In this document: positions 1-13,371 of the stretch, piece after piece | Layout: each line of letters opens with the position of its first letter | Position numbering within the stretch: the stretch's first letter is position 1 | Made by a program: the position numbers and the translations under genes | DNA from: Takakia lepidozioides | Taxonomy: Eukaryota > Plantae > Bryophyta | Assembly: GCA_030704615.1 (NCBI GenBank) | Contig: CM060734.1 | Span: 27,776,001-27,840,000, forward strand | Length of the DNA: 64,000 nucleotides | Direction of reading: 5' to 3' | Notes under the pieces: generated by a model | What the model saw: only the letters and a program-made list of their open reading frames with translations | Told to the model about the DNA's origin: nothing | The model's database searches: none

Positions 1-510
1 CAAGATGCCAGCTTCGTGGAGAAGCGGTGGGGTGGCGTGGAGCATCTGCATGCAAGACACGTCATCCCTGAACAGTCCAGAGTCGCGCTAAAATAAGGTT
101 GTTTTAAAACTTGCGTACGCGCCTAGTGGAATTTTTGGTTGTCGCTTCAAATCTTGACGGGTAAAACAATTACATCCTAGCTGCTTTTCATCTACAGTTA
201 TGACACATCACTTCTTAAGATAGAATGAACGGGTGGCTGGACGGTTGGTGTCTGTAAAAAACCGTTGGATACAGGCAGTTAATGATTACATAGGATACCT
301 TGTCAGATAGGTAATGTGGATGGATGAGGATAGATGGCCTGGTGCACAGTGGAATGAAAACTGCTCATCCTGCTAGCCATGCATCGACGGTGTCATTCCT
401 ATCAGGGCGCTTCGATCAGGTTGTTTGATGCTATCCACAGACGTACGGATCGTTGCTCCAGTGCTGGCACACTTTGTTGGACACTGTTCCCGTACTCTTC
501 TCTGCTTTGC

Positions 511-3500
511 GAATGGCTCTCACAGGTGAGTTAGTAAAATTCTACTGTGCTTACAAATCGCTCCCCCTCACCAAAGTGCCAGACGCCAATGGGATGGCAA
601 CCGTGGGAGAGGATGTCCTCTGTAGAAGCTTGGATCTACAAGTTGGAACTGTGCATGTGGAGAAAGAAGTGCACGACTCCGTCGGTAGGGTCGACAGTAT
701 GATGATTCTGGAGCCATTTGTGTGCGATGACCGTATTAGACAATGGAGAGTTCCAGTGGGCACTTACCGCGTGCACGGGGATCAACGACGTTCGTCTGCA
801 GGTTCAACACTCACACCAGGAACTGCCACTTTGGTGGCTCCGGCCTTCACACGTGCTATAATTAAAAAAGAGGACACCAGCACTTCGACGGCTTTTGTCG
901 ATCTCTTGGAAAGCTTGACGACGACATCTCTGAGATTCCACCACCTCCAACACACCTATCTTCTGTCGAAGAACCAGATGTGCAGGAGATAGGCAGTGTC
1001 GTTCCAAAGTTGCAGTCTATGAAAGGCTTGCCAAATTGCAGAAGTGACATGCATGGAATTGCATGGGGGACAATAAATATTGTAAGAGCAAAATACCTTC
1101 CCGCATAATTTGATGGAGATGTGGTTTTTGAGCTGCCACCTCTGACGTCCTGTGGAGGTTTGGCGGGACTCATGCAAGGGATGGACAAGAAGCACGACGG
1201 ACACCCTTGGTGTCGAACTAAGACAACCAACATACATAACCCTCATGGCTTGTCTTTCCGTAGATCAGTCTGCGTTGGGCACCTCCGTTGTGGAAATGAA
1301 GCCTGCAACTGCCTATCATTGAGAGGCTCCCCAAACGAGACGGAGTGGGAGGGTTGCGTGGATAACCCGTTCGAGGTGGGGTGCCCACCTCCTAAAAACA
1401 TGACCTTGCTCTGCAAATATTGCAAAACGGCCCCAACATGCATTGGCATATGCAAGGCCCGCATGTACTACGTGCTCCATCGTTTTCGCGGCCTTACCTA
1501 AGCTTGTGTTCATCTCGGCAATCATACCCACCCCGTATCGAAAGGGGATTGTTGGGAAAGTCTTGAAACAATTTGGGGACTTCTACGGCATGAGGTGGAG
1601 AATGCTCCTTATGCACCACCATCTGCAATTGCACTTTCTGCAAGCAAGAGCCTCTTGCAAAAACACATTCTAGGAGGAGCGGAAGAGTACATTGAGAAAT
1701 TGGACAGCGAAAAACTAGACGTCGTTATGGACTATTTCTCGACCCTTAGTTCACCCAATGTACGCAACCAGATCAATGCACTCAGAATGGGAACAAGGAG
1801 CACAGGTTATGTGGATAGCATCCTGGAATTGAAGCGGAGAAGCATGTACGGCTTCATTCAAGATAATGTCTTTCCTGGTCAGGGGTCGTTGAAAGTGTTC
1901 TTATTCAAGATGTCCACAGTTGTGGAGGGAAGTGGAGTTAGCTTGGTCCGCAGAATGCAGCCCGGTGGCGATCTCCAGAAATGTTGGCTCGTATTTGATC
2001 ATGTGAAACGTGTGAAGGGCTAGACAACCATGGCTGCTCGTGTGTACGATCCTTCTTACCAAAGAGTTATGACAATTGCAGTGTGTGACATGCAATCCGA
2101 AGACACTGAGTCTCAAATCCTAATGTGGAAGTCCCTTGTGAAAGTCATGAGAAACCATGGTGTCTCAGATCCAAACTTTCATGGATTTATGGCCGATAGC
2201 GCGCAGACAAATTGGAATGCAGTCCGGTCTGTTTTTGGAAGTGGTGATCCGAAAATACCCATGAGGGGCAAGGAGCGCACTTGCCTGTTCCATTGGACTT
2301 AGTCCCTCCGAAGGCGCACCAAGAGTTGCATAAAACCAGAGTTGCAGGAGGAACACATGAGACTCTGCCGGCTGTATAAAGATGCGACAAGCGAGATCGA
2401 AGCAAACTCCTTATACCAAACTATAAGGGCATGGTGGTCCTCCGATGCAGCAAGTCAGGATGGCCTCAAAGAACTTGACGACTGGATGGGATTCTGGCAC
2501 TTCAGATACAAATAGTGGGGAGGGTTCAGGACAAGAGTAAGATCCCTTCTTAACTTCCGAGGCTTGCATGAGTTCAATTTACGCTATTACCCCTGTTGAC
2601 GTGTCTTTCTTCAATGCTATTAGCTTTTGAAGTACAATAATTAATGGAAAGAATATTGTGTGCAGAATATGTTTCTGGAGGACATAGCGGATATGCCTTC
2701 CTGTAATCTATCCGAGACTGTGCATAGTGTGTGGAATGCATAATCCGGCAAGAACGGACGGGACCTGTACGTTGCCACTTCGGATGACATGGTCCGAGCG
2801 CTTTCGCAACAGACACGGTACCGGGATTTCCTTCGTGGACGCGGTTCTGGTAAGGGGCCAGACAGGGCGGAGTTGCAGTTGAGGGTTGCAAACAGATGCA
2901 AGGATCCTGCTAGAATGGCAAAGGTTGTAAGCGAATGCACAATGGGAACACCTTTGCAATCAAGACATCCTCATCTGGAAGGTGAGGAGAGATTCGGTTC
3001 ATGCAAGCGCAAACTGGACACCCCTCCGGGATCGGACGGTGACTCACATCGACATGATAGGGATAACTTTTCGGTGCCACGTGTGCTCGTGCCCCCCACT
3101 TTCGTGCACGCAACATCCTTTGTGGGTGAATCTTCCTCAACAGAGCTCACGGAGTCCACAACTACAACTACACGGGAAGAAGGGGCAAACCTGTTGCTCA
3201 TCCAGGAGTCTAATTGTGCAGACGCGCTATGGCACATAGAACGAACTCCGCAAGGCTCAAAGGTGAAATGTTCCGCTATCAGGGCAACGTCCTTTGTGAA
3301 GTGCACATCTATGATTTGTAGAGCCCCAGCAGGGACTCCAGCCCCAACTTTCACAGGGTTGTTCAAGCATTATAGTGCGCAGGAGGCCAAGCCTCACAAG
3401 TTTTGGTTTTGTCCTGATGACATGAAACGTTGCGTGATGGGAATTGTCCGTCATTCGGTAATAACCAAACCTCAAATCCCAGAAGTTTGGCCAGTTAAGA

Positions 3501-3710
3501 TGGGAACTACACTCTCTAGACAGGAAATTGACATGATGGAGGATGCAAGATTTCGGCTCCCAAGAGGACCAATTGTCATGACGGTTAATTCTTCGCATGA
3601 TTTCCCTTCCCCATTTCCTGCGCGCCCTCCACTTGGCAACGACAGGCCTACGAAAAGAAATAGAAAGGTGGTCCGGCGGGTTGAGGCAAGTGTAGAGCAC
3701 GAGTGCAAGA
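511..3710 (+). pseudogene. MULE-type DDE transposase pseudogene with N-terminal GCM/WRKY-like zinc-binding region (copy 1)
   Basis: Consecutive ORF pieces give DKKHDGHPW..CVGHLRCGNEAC..CKYC..C..C..HLGNHTHP (Zn-binding), then FDHVKRV, FMADSAQ, CLFHW (the MULE CxxH signature) and NLSETVH (DDE triad). Probable intron 2537-2665. Several in-frame TAG/TAA stops (990, 1499, 2021, 2300). Confidence 0.7.
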
Positions 3711-5012
3711 TTGAAGAGACACCACAATGGTTATCACCCATTGTGATAGTGCCCAAGAAGAATGGCAAATTACGAGTATGTGTGGACTACCGCAAATTAA
3801 ATGCAAGAACCAAGAAAGATCCATTTCCACTACCTTTCACGGAGATAGTATTGGACACAGTGGCAGGGCATGAGATGTACTCATTCATGGATGGATTCAG
3901 TGGGTACAATCAAGTACAGATGGCAGAAGAAGACCGAGAGAAGACCGCATTCATCACTGAATGGGGAGCCTACGCTTACAAAGTCATGCCATTTGGACTT
4001 TGCAACGCACCTGCCACGTTTCAGAGAGTAGTATCTGAGATATTTAAGAGCTATCTCAATGACTTTATGCAGGTATTCTTAGACGATTTCAGCGTCTTTG
4101 GACAGAAATCCAAACACTTGGCACAGTTAAAACTTTGCCTACAAGCCTGCAGAGACAACGAAGTAAGTCTCAACCCCGAGAAATGTACATTTTGTGTGAA
4201 TTCAGGATTATTGTTGGGACACATCGTGTGCCAACAAGAATTCTGGTTGACCCAAAGAAGGTGGACAGTATCCAGAAAATACCACCACCAGAAAATCCAA
4301 AGAAACTCAAAAGATTTTTGGGTCTGACAAGCTATTACTAAAGGTAAATGGCCAAGTATGCTCACAGAGCAGCATCAGTCTATAGACTGCTGAAGAAGGA
4401 TGTCGAGTACCAATGGTCTCCAGCTTGTCAGGAATCATTCAATTCACTAAAAAGGGCACTCACATCAGCACCGATCCTGATCTATCCAAGATGGGATTTA
4501 CCATTTCATGTACACAATGATGCATCAGGCATCACTTTGGGGGCAGTTCTAGCTCAGAATGTGACAGGCACAATAGATTCGCCAATCTATTATGCAAGCC
4601 GATTACTGACAGCAGCTGAGAAGAACTATAGCACCACGGAAAGGGAGGCATTGGCAATGATATATGTTGTTGAAAAGTTTCGGCATTATTTACTTGGAAA
4701 TCGATTTAAATTTTTGTTGATCATCAGGTTTTGGTTCATTTGGCAAATCGGCCACTAGCTAGTGGAAGGGTTGCTCGATGGTTATTACTTCTTCATGAGT
4801 ATGATTTTGAAGTTATTCATAAGCCTGGAAGATTACATGTTACAGTAGATCATCTGTCAAGACTTACTACTCGAGAGCCAGCCACAAGAGTAGATGATCA
4901 ACTTCCCAATGGATTTCCGTTTGTTGTTCAACCCAAAGCACAAGAAGAAGAGACAGACCCTCTAGACGCTCTGGGAGTATTCCAAGGAGACTACGACCTT
5001 CCAGACTCGCTG
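3711..5012 (+). mobile_element. Ty3/Gypsy pol fragment (RT-RNase H), degenerate
   Basis: WLSPIVIVPKKNGKLRVCVDYRKLN, MPFGLCNAPATFQR, FLDD, DASG..LGAVL, NYSTTEREALA; frameshifts and stops. Confidence 0.93.
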
Positions 5013-6288
5013 TAGCCTTTTGGAATACCCTTTGAGCTGGTGTTGTCTATAAAGTTCTGATTATGCTCATTGTAGCACTCCACTCTGATTGAGTTTTGGA
5101 GAGATGATTGGAAAACCAGATCCAGACCTTTGTGCATTCATGGAACATAGACATAGCATGCTGGATGGTCTGGGCTCTTGGAATTGCAACACCTGCAACT
5201 CATTCTTAAAGGCTCAAGTGTTTATGCTGATCTGGTATGTACCAAAGGTGGTGTTGGTCCCGATTGTTTTATAAGAAAATAAAGACTCCTTCAATGATGA
5301 ATGACATCTGAATCTAGGGTGATGGTTGTCTTGGAAATCCCACCCTCCCACCCTAATTTTTCATGTGTTTTCAGGAAGATGACATGGGTTTTTATCAGGT
5401 AAGATACTGCCTATGGAAGGTGAAGTTAGATAGTGCCTTGTTATGAGGCTGATTTGTCGTTAATTTGACAAAGACCTTGTTTGGTCTTGTCCATGTCCCG
5501 ACAAGACATAGTATCTTCCCTCTCTATTCTTGACCAGTGTACTTAGTGGTTTCTGTACACACGCTCTCTCTCTCTCTCACCTGCCATTTTCCAGTTTTCT
5601 TACTATGATGTACTAACACCTTTAATGGCTTTTGCAGAGGTCTAGGAAAGCCATGGGGTATCAGCCCCCTATACCTCCATAACAATAGTGTGGAGCAACA
5701 AATCCCTCATAAGGTATGATGATCCTCAGATTGGACAACGAGAGAAAGACATTGCTGATATTACTTGAAGAACATCTAAGGGTTTCTTGCATACTGATAT
5801 TATGAGCTAGGCCCGGGTAAAACAACCTGTTAGAGTATGTGTGTACACCTTCTACATGATCCGGTCAATGCACATTCCTCGTGTTAACTGGTAACCTGTA
5901 GTTGATGCCTTATGTCAGCATCAGATCCCTTATGATGAAAAGCCTTCCCTACTCGTGGGCTTTAATACTTCTCCTAGATGTGGGTTTGCTCTTTATAGCA
6001 CCACTAAAAAAATGCCCAGGTGTAACGTGATATGTCCTTTTTTCATACCTTAAGGAAATCTGGTTTTAAAACCATAAAGCTGGCTGATATGGTGAAAAGA
6101 TGGGCAACAGATTGCTGCCAATGCTCTTATTCACATGTTCATGTTGTGAATCACGGGCAGTAGACTACTGCCACTGGCTGAAGAGCACAAGTTCTTATTC
6201 ATACCTTTGGAAAAACGGTTCTAACCATAAAGTTGGCTGATACGGTGGAAAAATGTGCAGTAATTTACTGCCATCGGTTGAAGAACAC
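5013..6288. repeat. 1276-bp direct repeat, copy 1 (copy 2 at 8176-9451)
   Basis: Near-identical sequence at constant offset 3163; only about 3 substitutions seen by eye. Confidence 0.92.
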
Positions 6289-8175
6289 CTGTAATTTCTG
6301 AACTCTTGCGTGCCCAGCTATATGAATGTTTTGTCCATATTTTCTCTTGACTTGGGAAGCAGAGACTGTAGCTTTTTAACCAAAGATAAAACTACATCGC
6401 ACGGAGATCCTTCCTTGGTCTTTGCTTCTTTACAAGAGCTTGTTGACAAGATAAGAGGTAACATGGAAAACGCATGACTCTATATTCTTGCCAAGTTTGA
6501 TTTATGCTATGCCAATGTTCACTCGTGATCTGAGGGCAGCGAGAATGTAGACCTTATCTTTTTGGTATTCAAGTCCAAGGATAGAACTACATTGTAGAGG
6601 GAGAGCCTTATGAGAATGGGTCTGGTATGCACTCCCTTACGGGGTGAGTGTATACCACACTCACTCCATAAGGGATTGCCATACCAGGGGTTGGATGGTG
6701 GGCGCCCCCTCTCTCCAATTATCTGTTTGGGATTAACAAAAAATTTCCTAAGCCCACCTGGTTTGGAAATACCTTCTTTCTAATCCCTAATGGAATATGT
6801 TTTGAATTTCATCCATACCGGATGAAAAATATGCCAGGTATAATCCCTAACTGGATGAATTATTGTCTTGAGCTTTACCACTAAGGATGTAGCATGGAAT
6901 TTTTCATCCATGACGGATTACATCCATCATGGATGTTACCCTAACGGATGTAAACCTAAGAGGATGTAACTCTAATGAAGTGCAAAATTTCATCCCGGGA
7001 TGGTTTGCTAACCGCCTCTCTGCCCTAAGCACGACACGATACTCGTGCTTGTTTTCTCTGGAGGATGGCGATGGCGGCTGAGCTGAGTGCTCGAGCATCA
7101 CGATCCGCGTGCATTTTGTTTTTTCTTGCGCGATGGCGGCAGGCCCTTCCATTTCCCGCACTGGCAAATGACCTACTGCCGTGTTTGCCTGCAATCTTTC
7201 TTATTCATGAAGCAGCAGCGCTCATAAGGTGATGGGGGAAGTATCATGCACTTTGTAAATATGCAATTTGTCCTCAAGTATCCCAATTTGTTGCATTCTG
7301 CTGTGATCTCTTCAGATTCAGGTGTTGAATGCCGCAGCGTCCCACTCCACAAACGATTAAAGTTCTTTGTGGTGTCGCATCTATGTTTTACTTTTGATCG
7401 ATTTGCTCGCTGTAGAATGCATGTTGGACATGGATAGCAACTGTGAAGACCTGCTACTCACCTCGTGCATCCTCACTAACACACATCTTGATGTGGTGGT
7501 TTTTGGGACGGGCACAGGTGAGGGTCTTCACTTGATGTGTATTTTTTCAGTTTGCAGATGATCAAAGGACTTGGTGATGGTGACGATTGACGTTACATAC
7601 TGCTTCAGTGGGGCATCTGATACGATTCGGCCTCTCGACCTTAATCCGTTTTGGTTTCTATGGGTTGTAACCTGATTATAAGTCAGTTTTCTGGTATGAT
7701 ACCAGTCTGAACTTTGGCACCATATTAGTGGGGTTTTCGACCTGATTGTAAATCAGTTTTCTGGCATGATACCAGTCTGAGCTTCGGCTGCATTTTGATA
7801 TGGTGCTGGAGTACCATCTCCAGACCTTATAAGGCTATCCAATGATGCTTAAGATAGGCCTTCTTATGCTGATTTAACACGGTAAGTACCAAGCGGTACT
7901 TTTTGAACATTGAGGTCAGAGTTCTAAGTTTAAAACAGCCATGGTTACACTGTTTTAACTTAGAGATTACCAAGCAGCTGGCGTGATGGGCTTTTCAGAT
8001 TACATAACACCTGTTTTAAGCGATGCCATTGGAACCATCCTTTGAATTTGAAACAGGTTCAGTTTTACTATGTTAACTTGGAAAGTACCAAGCTGTACTT
8101 GACTTGGAAGAATACCAAGCAGTGGTCTTGTTGGGCTTTTTCAAAATACATAGGGGCTGCTTTAACTTATCAAAC

Positions 8176-9451
8176 TAGCCTTTTGGAATACCCTTTGAGC
8201 TGGTGTTGTCTATAAAGTTCTGATTATGCTCATTGTAGCACTCCACTCTGATTGAGTTTTGGAGAGATGATTGGAAAACCAGATCCAGACCTTTGTGTAT
8301 TCATGGAACATAGACATAGCATGCTGGATGGTCTGGGCTCTTGGAATTGCAACACCTGCAACTCATTCTTAAAGGCTCAAGTGTTTATGTTGATCTGGTA
8401 TGTACCAAAGGTGGTGTTGGTCCCGATTGTTTTATAAGAAAATAAAGACTCCTTCAATGATGAATGACATCTGAATCTAGGGTGATGGTTGTCTTGGAAA
8501 TCCCACCCTCCCACCCTAATTTTTCATGTGTTTTCAGGAAGATGACATGGGTTTTTATCAGGTAAGATACTGCCTATGGAAGGTGAAGTTAGATAGTGCC
8601 TTGTTATGAGGCTGATTTGTCGTTAATTTGACAAAGACCTTGTTTGGTCTTGTCCATGTCCCGACAAGACATAGTATCTTCCCTCTCTATTCTTGACCAG
8701 TGTACTTAGTGGTTTCTGTACACACGCTCTCTCTCTCTCTCACCTGCCATTTTCCAGTTTTCTTACTATGATGTACTAACACCTTTAATGGCTTTTGCAG
8801 AGGTCTAGGAAAGCCATGGGGTATCAGCCCCCTATACCTCCATAACAATAGTGTGGAGCAACAAATCCCTCATAAGGTATGATGATCCTCAGATTGGACA
8901 ACGAGAGAAAGACATTGCTGATATTACTTGAAGAACATCTAAGGGTTTCTTGCATACTGATATTATGAGCTAGGCCCGGGTAAAACAACCTGTTAGAGTA
9001 TGTGTGTACACCTTCTACATGATCCGGTCAATGCACATTCCTCGTGTTAACTGGTAACCTGTAGTTGATGCCTTATGTCAGCATCAGATCCCTTATGATG
9101 AAAAGCCTTCCCTACTCGTGGGCTTTAATACTTCTCCTGGATGTGGGTTTGCTCTTTATAGCACCACTAAAAAAATGCCCAGGTGTAACGTGATATGTCC
9201 TTTTTTCATACCTTAAGGAAATCTGGTTTTAAAACCATAAAGCTGGCTGATATGGTGAAAAGATGGGCAACAGATTGCTGCCAATGCTCTTATTCACATG
9301 TTCATGTTGTGAATCACGGGCAGTAGACTACTGCCACTGGCTGAAGAGCACAAGTTCTTATTCATACCTTTGGAAAAACGGTTCTAACCATAAAGTTGGC
9401 TGATACGGTGGAAAAATGTGCAGTAATTTACTGCCATCGGTTGAAGAACAC
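8176..9451. repeat. 1276-bp direct repeat, copy 2
   Basis: Matches 5013-6288. Confidence 0.92.
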
Positions 9452-9685
9452 ATAAACACTAGTTGCGAGGTGCATTGCTGCATTTTACCTACACGGATAC
9501 ACCTGTGTAAAGCGGTTTCCAGCATAGATACCTTCAGGTGCAAATCTGGAAATGGTATTCCATAAAAAACATTCAGAGCATATAGGTCACAATAAGGATA
9601 TCCAGAATCACTTAACCTTTACCGTGTCATAACCCCAAGGGCTTGGGGGAATGTAATCTGGTTTGACTATCCATAAAGCCAAGAA

Positions 9686-11040
9686 ATAAACTGGAGGGAG
9701 GGAGGGAGAGAGAGGGAACCCACCATCCAAACCCCTGGCATGGCGGTCCCTTACGGAGTGAGTGTGGTATGCACTCACCCCGTAAGGGAGTGCATACCAG
9801 ACCCATTCTCGTAAAGCTCTCCCTCTACATTGTAGTTTTATCCGTGGACTTTAAATACCAAAAGGATAAAAGGCCTACAGTCTCTCCTCCCAGACCAAGA
9901 ATGAACAATGGTGAAGCATAAATCATGCTAGGCAAAACAGAGTACTGATCAGTTTCTAGGTCACCTTTTAGCTTGTCAACATAGCCTTCACACAAGTGGA
10001 CAGGCATGAGCATAGAAATTATAAGTGTTCTTCAGCCAATGGCAGCAAATTGTTGCACATCATTTCACCCTATTAGCCAAATTTAACCAGGGAAGGATCC
10101 TTGTTCGAGGAACCTTATCATGATGTGAGTCAACTTACTGGTTTCAAAATCAATTCTCCAAGGGTATGAATCAGTACGTGACACTCTTTCCAAGCCGTAT
10201 CAACGTTGCTGGAAAGATACATAATGGGAGAAACCAGTGAAATCACCACATTGTATGACTGATTCACCGGTCTATTCCAGCCATATATTACACTTGGGCA
10301 ATTTTTAGTGGTGCTACAAAGGGCGAGGCCACATACAAGAGAAGCATAAAAGCATATGAGCCAGTAGGTATCTAGAAGTGACATGAGGCATCGGCTACAG
10401 GGGACAAGCTAAACGGAGTAATGTACATTGACCGGATCATGTAGAAGGTGTACACATATACTCGATTATGCTGTCTGACCAGGGCCTAGCTCACAATATC
10501 AGCTTTCAGGTCTACCTTAGAAACTCTGTGCTTATGATGCCTTTCTCTCCAAGCTCAAATCACCAACAAACTCTTGTTGGACACCTGGATCATACCTTAC
10601 TCGTATTCCATGGCTTTGAGCCCATTACTCCAATCTGGAGTGCCCCCTTGCTAGAACTCCCTTGGCTTTGAGTTTATCACTCCAGTTCGGAGTGTACTTG
10701 CTACCCTTCTGTCAAAGCCAAATAAAGGTTAGTACCTCAACATGAGAAAGATGGAACAAGAAAGGAGAGGGGTAGATGGTGTGTACAAACACCACATAAG
10801 TACACTGGTCGATAGAAGAGAGGGAAGATATACATGTCATGTCAAGACGCATACAAGACCAGTAGGGTCATTGTCAATAAAAGACATCATCAGCCCTTTA
10901 CGTGGCACCATCTAACACCTCCTTCCATGCACATCTCCTCAAATGATTGAACTGTAGATTTCAGAGTACATGAAATCTCAGGGTGGGAGGGTGGGGGTTT
11001 TTTTTTTTAAAGGCCATTCATCATTGAAAGGGACCATCAA
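9686..11040 (-). repeat. Diverged inverted copy of the ~5290-6710 non-coding repeat
   Basis: For example, 9718-9850 is the reverse complement of 6571-6701; similarity continues more weakly to about 11040. Confidence 0.75.
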
Positions 11041-11750
11041 CCCCCTTGCTTTATATCATTTGCAGCAGCTCAGTTGGATCTGAGAGGGCTGCCTGAGAAA
11101 GTCTTCAATTCAAAGTCTTCATTTCATAAGAAAACAGTCCTATGCCATGAGCAGTTATGAAATAGTTTCCAGCATCAGCTTACATACCTTGTAGGCATGA
11201 CAGAACCACTAGACGTACACATGTGTTAAGAGCTCGCAAACAAGGTAGGTGTTGAAGAAATCCGTCACCATAGATTCATGCCCTTGAGTCTCAAACAATT
11301 GAAGTGAGAATCTTTTCAATGCCTTACCCATATGAACTTGTATCAAGTGTCTTTTTGAGCAAAGAGTCATTTGAACATACCAGTTTTGTATGTTACAGAC
11401 CTTCTTAAGCCTGGATTCGGTTTTCCATAACTTAGTAGCATGGACAAGAATCAGATTAACATCATGCATTTACATGAGAATATCTGCACTCTAAGATCCA
11501 TCATCATAGATTCTGCCCTTTAAAGCTGAGGCTTAAATAGTTATGCAATTTCAAGTCTGGAGATCTAAGCCAGAACAAATGAAGTGGCCCTGCTTACTGC
11601 CCCATGACCAGGTTTAAGTCTGGAGCTAGACAATGTATCACAACATAGCGATACCAAGGCCATAGCATAACTAAGGCATGCTTAAGAAACCAGACTCAAA
11701 ACCAGTCTGTAAATGCTTAAAGGAGCATTAATAGAACGTCTGATTTCTAA

Positions 11751-13371
11751 AAAGCTCTTCGGATGTGCTGCTTAGCCATTTTTAAGCTACAACAATATAA
11801 CAAGCACTGTTTACTACCCCATAAACACTTCACAGGTTTGGATATAGTGTTCCAGAACCCTAGCATGTCGTTTTTAGTGCATCACAAAGAACTTTCAAAG
11901 CATTGCCAAGGTAAAAAATAAAGCCAAAGGGTCATGAAAACATGTGACAGATCTGACATAGCATAACCAGATCCGCATACCCTTTATTGCAGTCTCATTG
12001 TAAGGCAGCCACTAGATCATTCATGCCCTTTAAGAAAACAGAGTCTCAAACTGAGCTTTCGGGTCATTCATCATTGAAGGAGACAATCAACACCCTTGAT
12101 TTATGCCCTCATAGAAAGAAATGAGCCATAAACACTAGTTGCGAGGTGCATTGTTGCATTTTACCTACACGGATACACCTGCGTGAAGCGGTTTCCAGCA
12201 TAGATACCTTCAGGTGCAAATCTGGAAATGGTATTCCATAAGAAACATTCAGAGCATATAGGTCACAATAATTTTGACATGGATAGCAACTGTGAAGTCC
12301 TGCCATTCACTTCGCGCATCCTCACTAACACACAAAATATTTTTTGTGTTTGTTTTTGGGACGGGCGCAGGAGGGACTTCACTTGAATTGATTTATGAAG
12401 CTTGCAGGGATCTAAGCATTGTAGAGTGGATGAGTGTTGCTGCAATCGGCTGTTGCTGCACACAGCTGCTTCAAAAAATGCTTCAATGGGGATATACTTC
12501 AAACTTTGACCTTGATTTCTAGTTCTTTGAAATCTGTTAAGTTTTTGAAGTATGGTCACTTGTAGGGTTTCCTAGAACACAGACAGTCTAGTGACGGCTC
12601 TCTGGCTTTTATGCCAAAGACATCTAGTTTGATCATGGTGGCTTTTTGACAAGGTTATGGAATGCGGTTTCCAGACCTCTATTAAATGGCTCTGGCTTTA
12701 TGGAGGATCAAGCCATCTCCAGGCCTTTATTAAAATGCTTGGCTTTATTTTATTTCTTGGCTTTATGGAGAGTCAAACCAGATTACATTCCCCCAAGCCC
12801 TTAGGGTTATGACACGGTAAAGGTTAAGTGATTCTGGATATCCTTATTGTGACCTATATGCTCTGAATGTTTCTTATGGGGTGCTGGAATACCATTTCCA
12901 GATTTGTACCTGAAGGTATCTATGATGGAAACCGATTTACAACAGGTGTATCCGTGTAAGTAAAATGCAGCAATGCACCTGCAACTAGTGTTTATGGCTC
13001 ATTTCTTTCTATGAGGGCATAAATCAAGGGTGTTGATTGTCTCCTTCAATGATGAATGACGTGAAAGTTCAGTTTGAGACTCAGTTTTCTTAAAAGACAT
13101 GAATGATCTAGTGGCTGCCTTACAATGAGACTGCAATAAAGGGTATGCAGATTTGGTTATGCTATGTCAGATCTGTCATATGTTTTCATGACCCTTTGTC
13201 TTTATTTTTTACCTTGGCAATTCTTTGAATGTTCTTGTGATGCACTGAAAACGACATGCTAGGGTTCTGGAACACTATATCCAGACCTGTGAAGTGTTTA
13301 TGGGGTAGTAAACAATGTTTGTTATACTGCTGTAGCTTAAAAATTGCTGAGCAGCACATCCGCAGAGCTTT
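11751..13371. repeat. Fold-back: ~520-bp inverted arms (11751-12270 and 12845-13371) around a ~575-bp spacer
   Basis: The arms are reverse complements, e.g. ttccagaaccctagcatgtcg vs cgacatgctagggttctggaa and ggtcacaata vs tattgtgacc. Confidence 0.88.

Noticed and set aside
2789-4327. 512-aa ORF as a genuine transposase-RT fusion protein
   Set aside because: It is an in-frame junction at ~3711 between a decayed transposase C-terminus and a Gypsy RT entered mid-domain; both sides carry stops or frameshifts.
5013-9451. LTR pair of a TRIM/LARD or retrozyme
   Set aside because: No TG..CA termini, PBS, PPT or TSD, and no complete hammerhead core (CUGAnGA..GAAA) found by eye.
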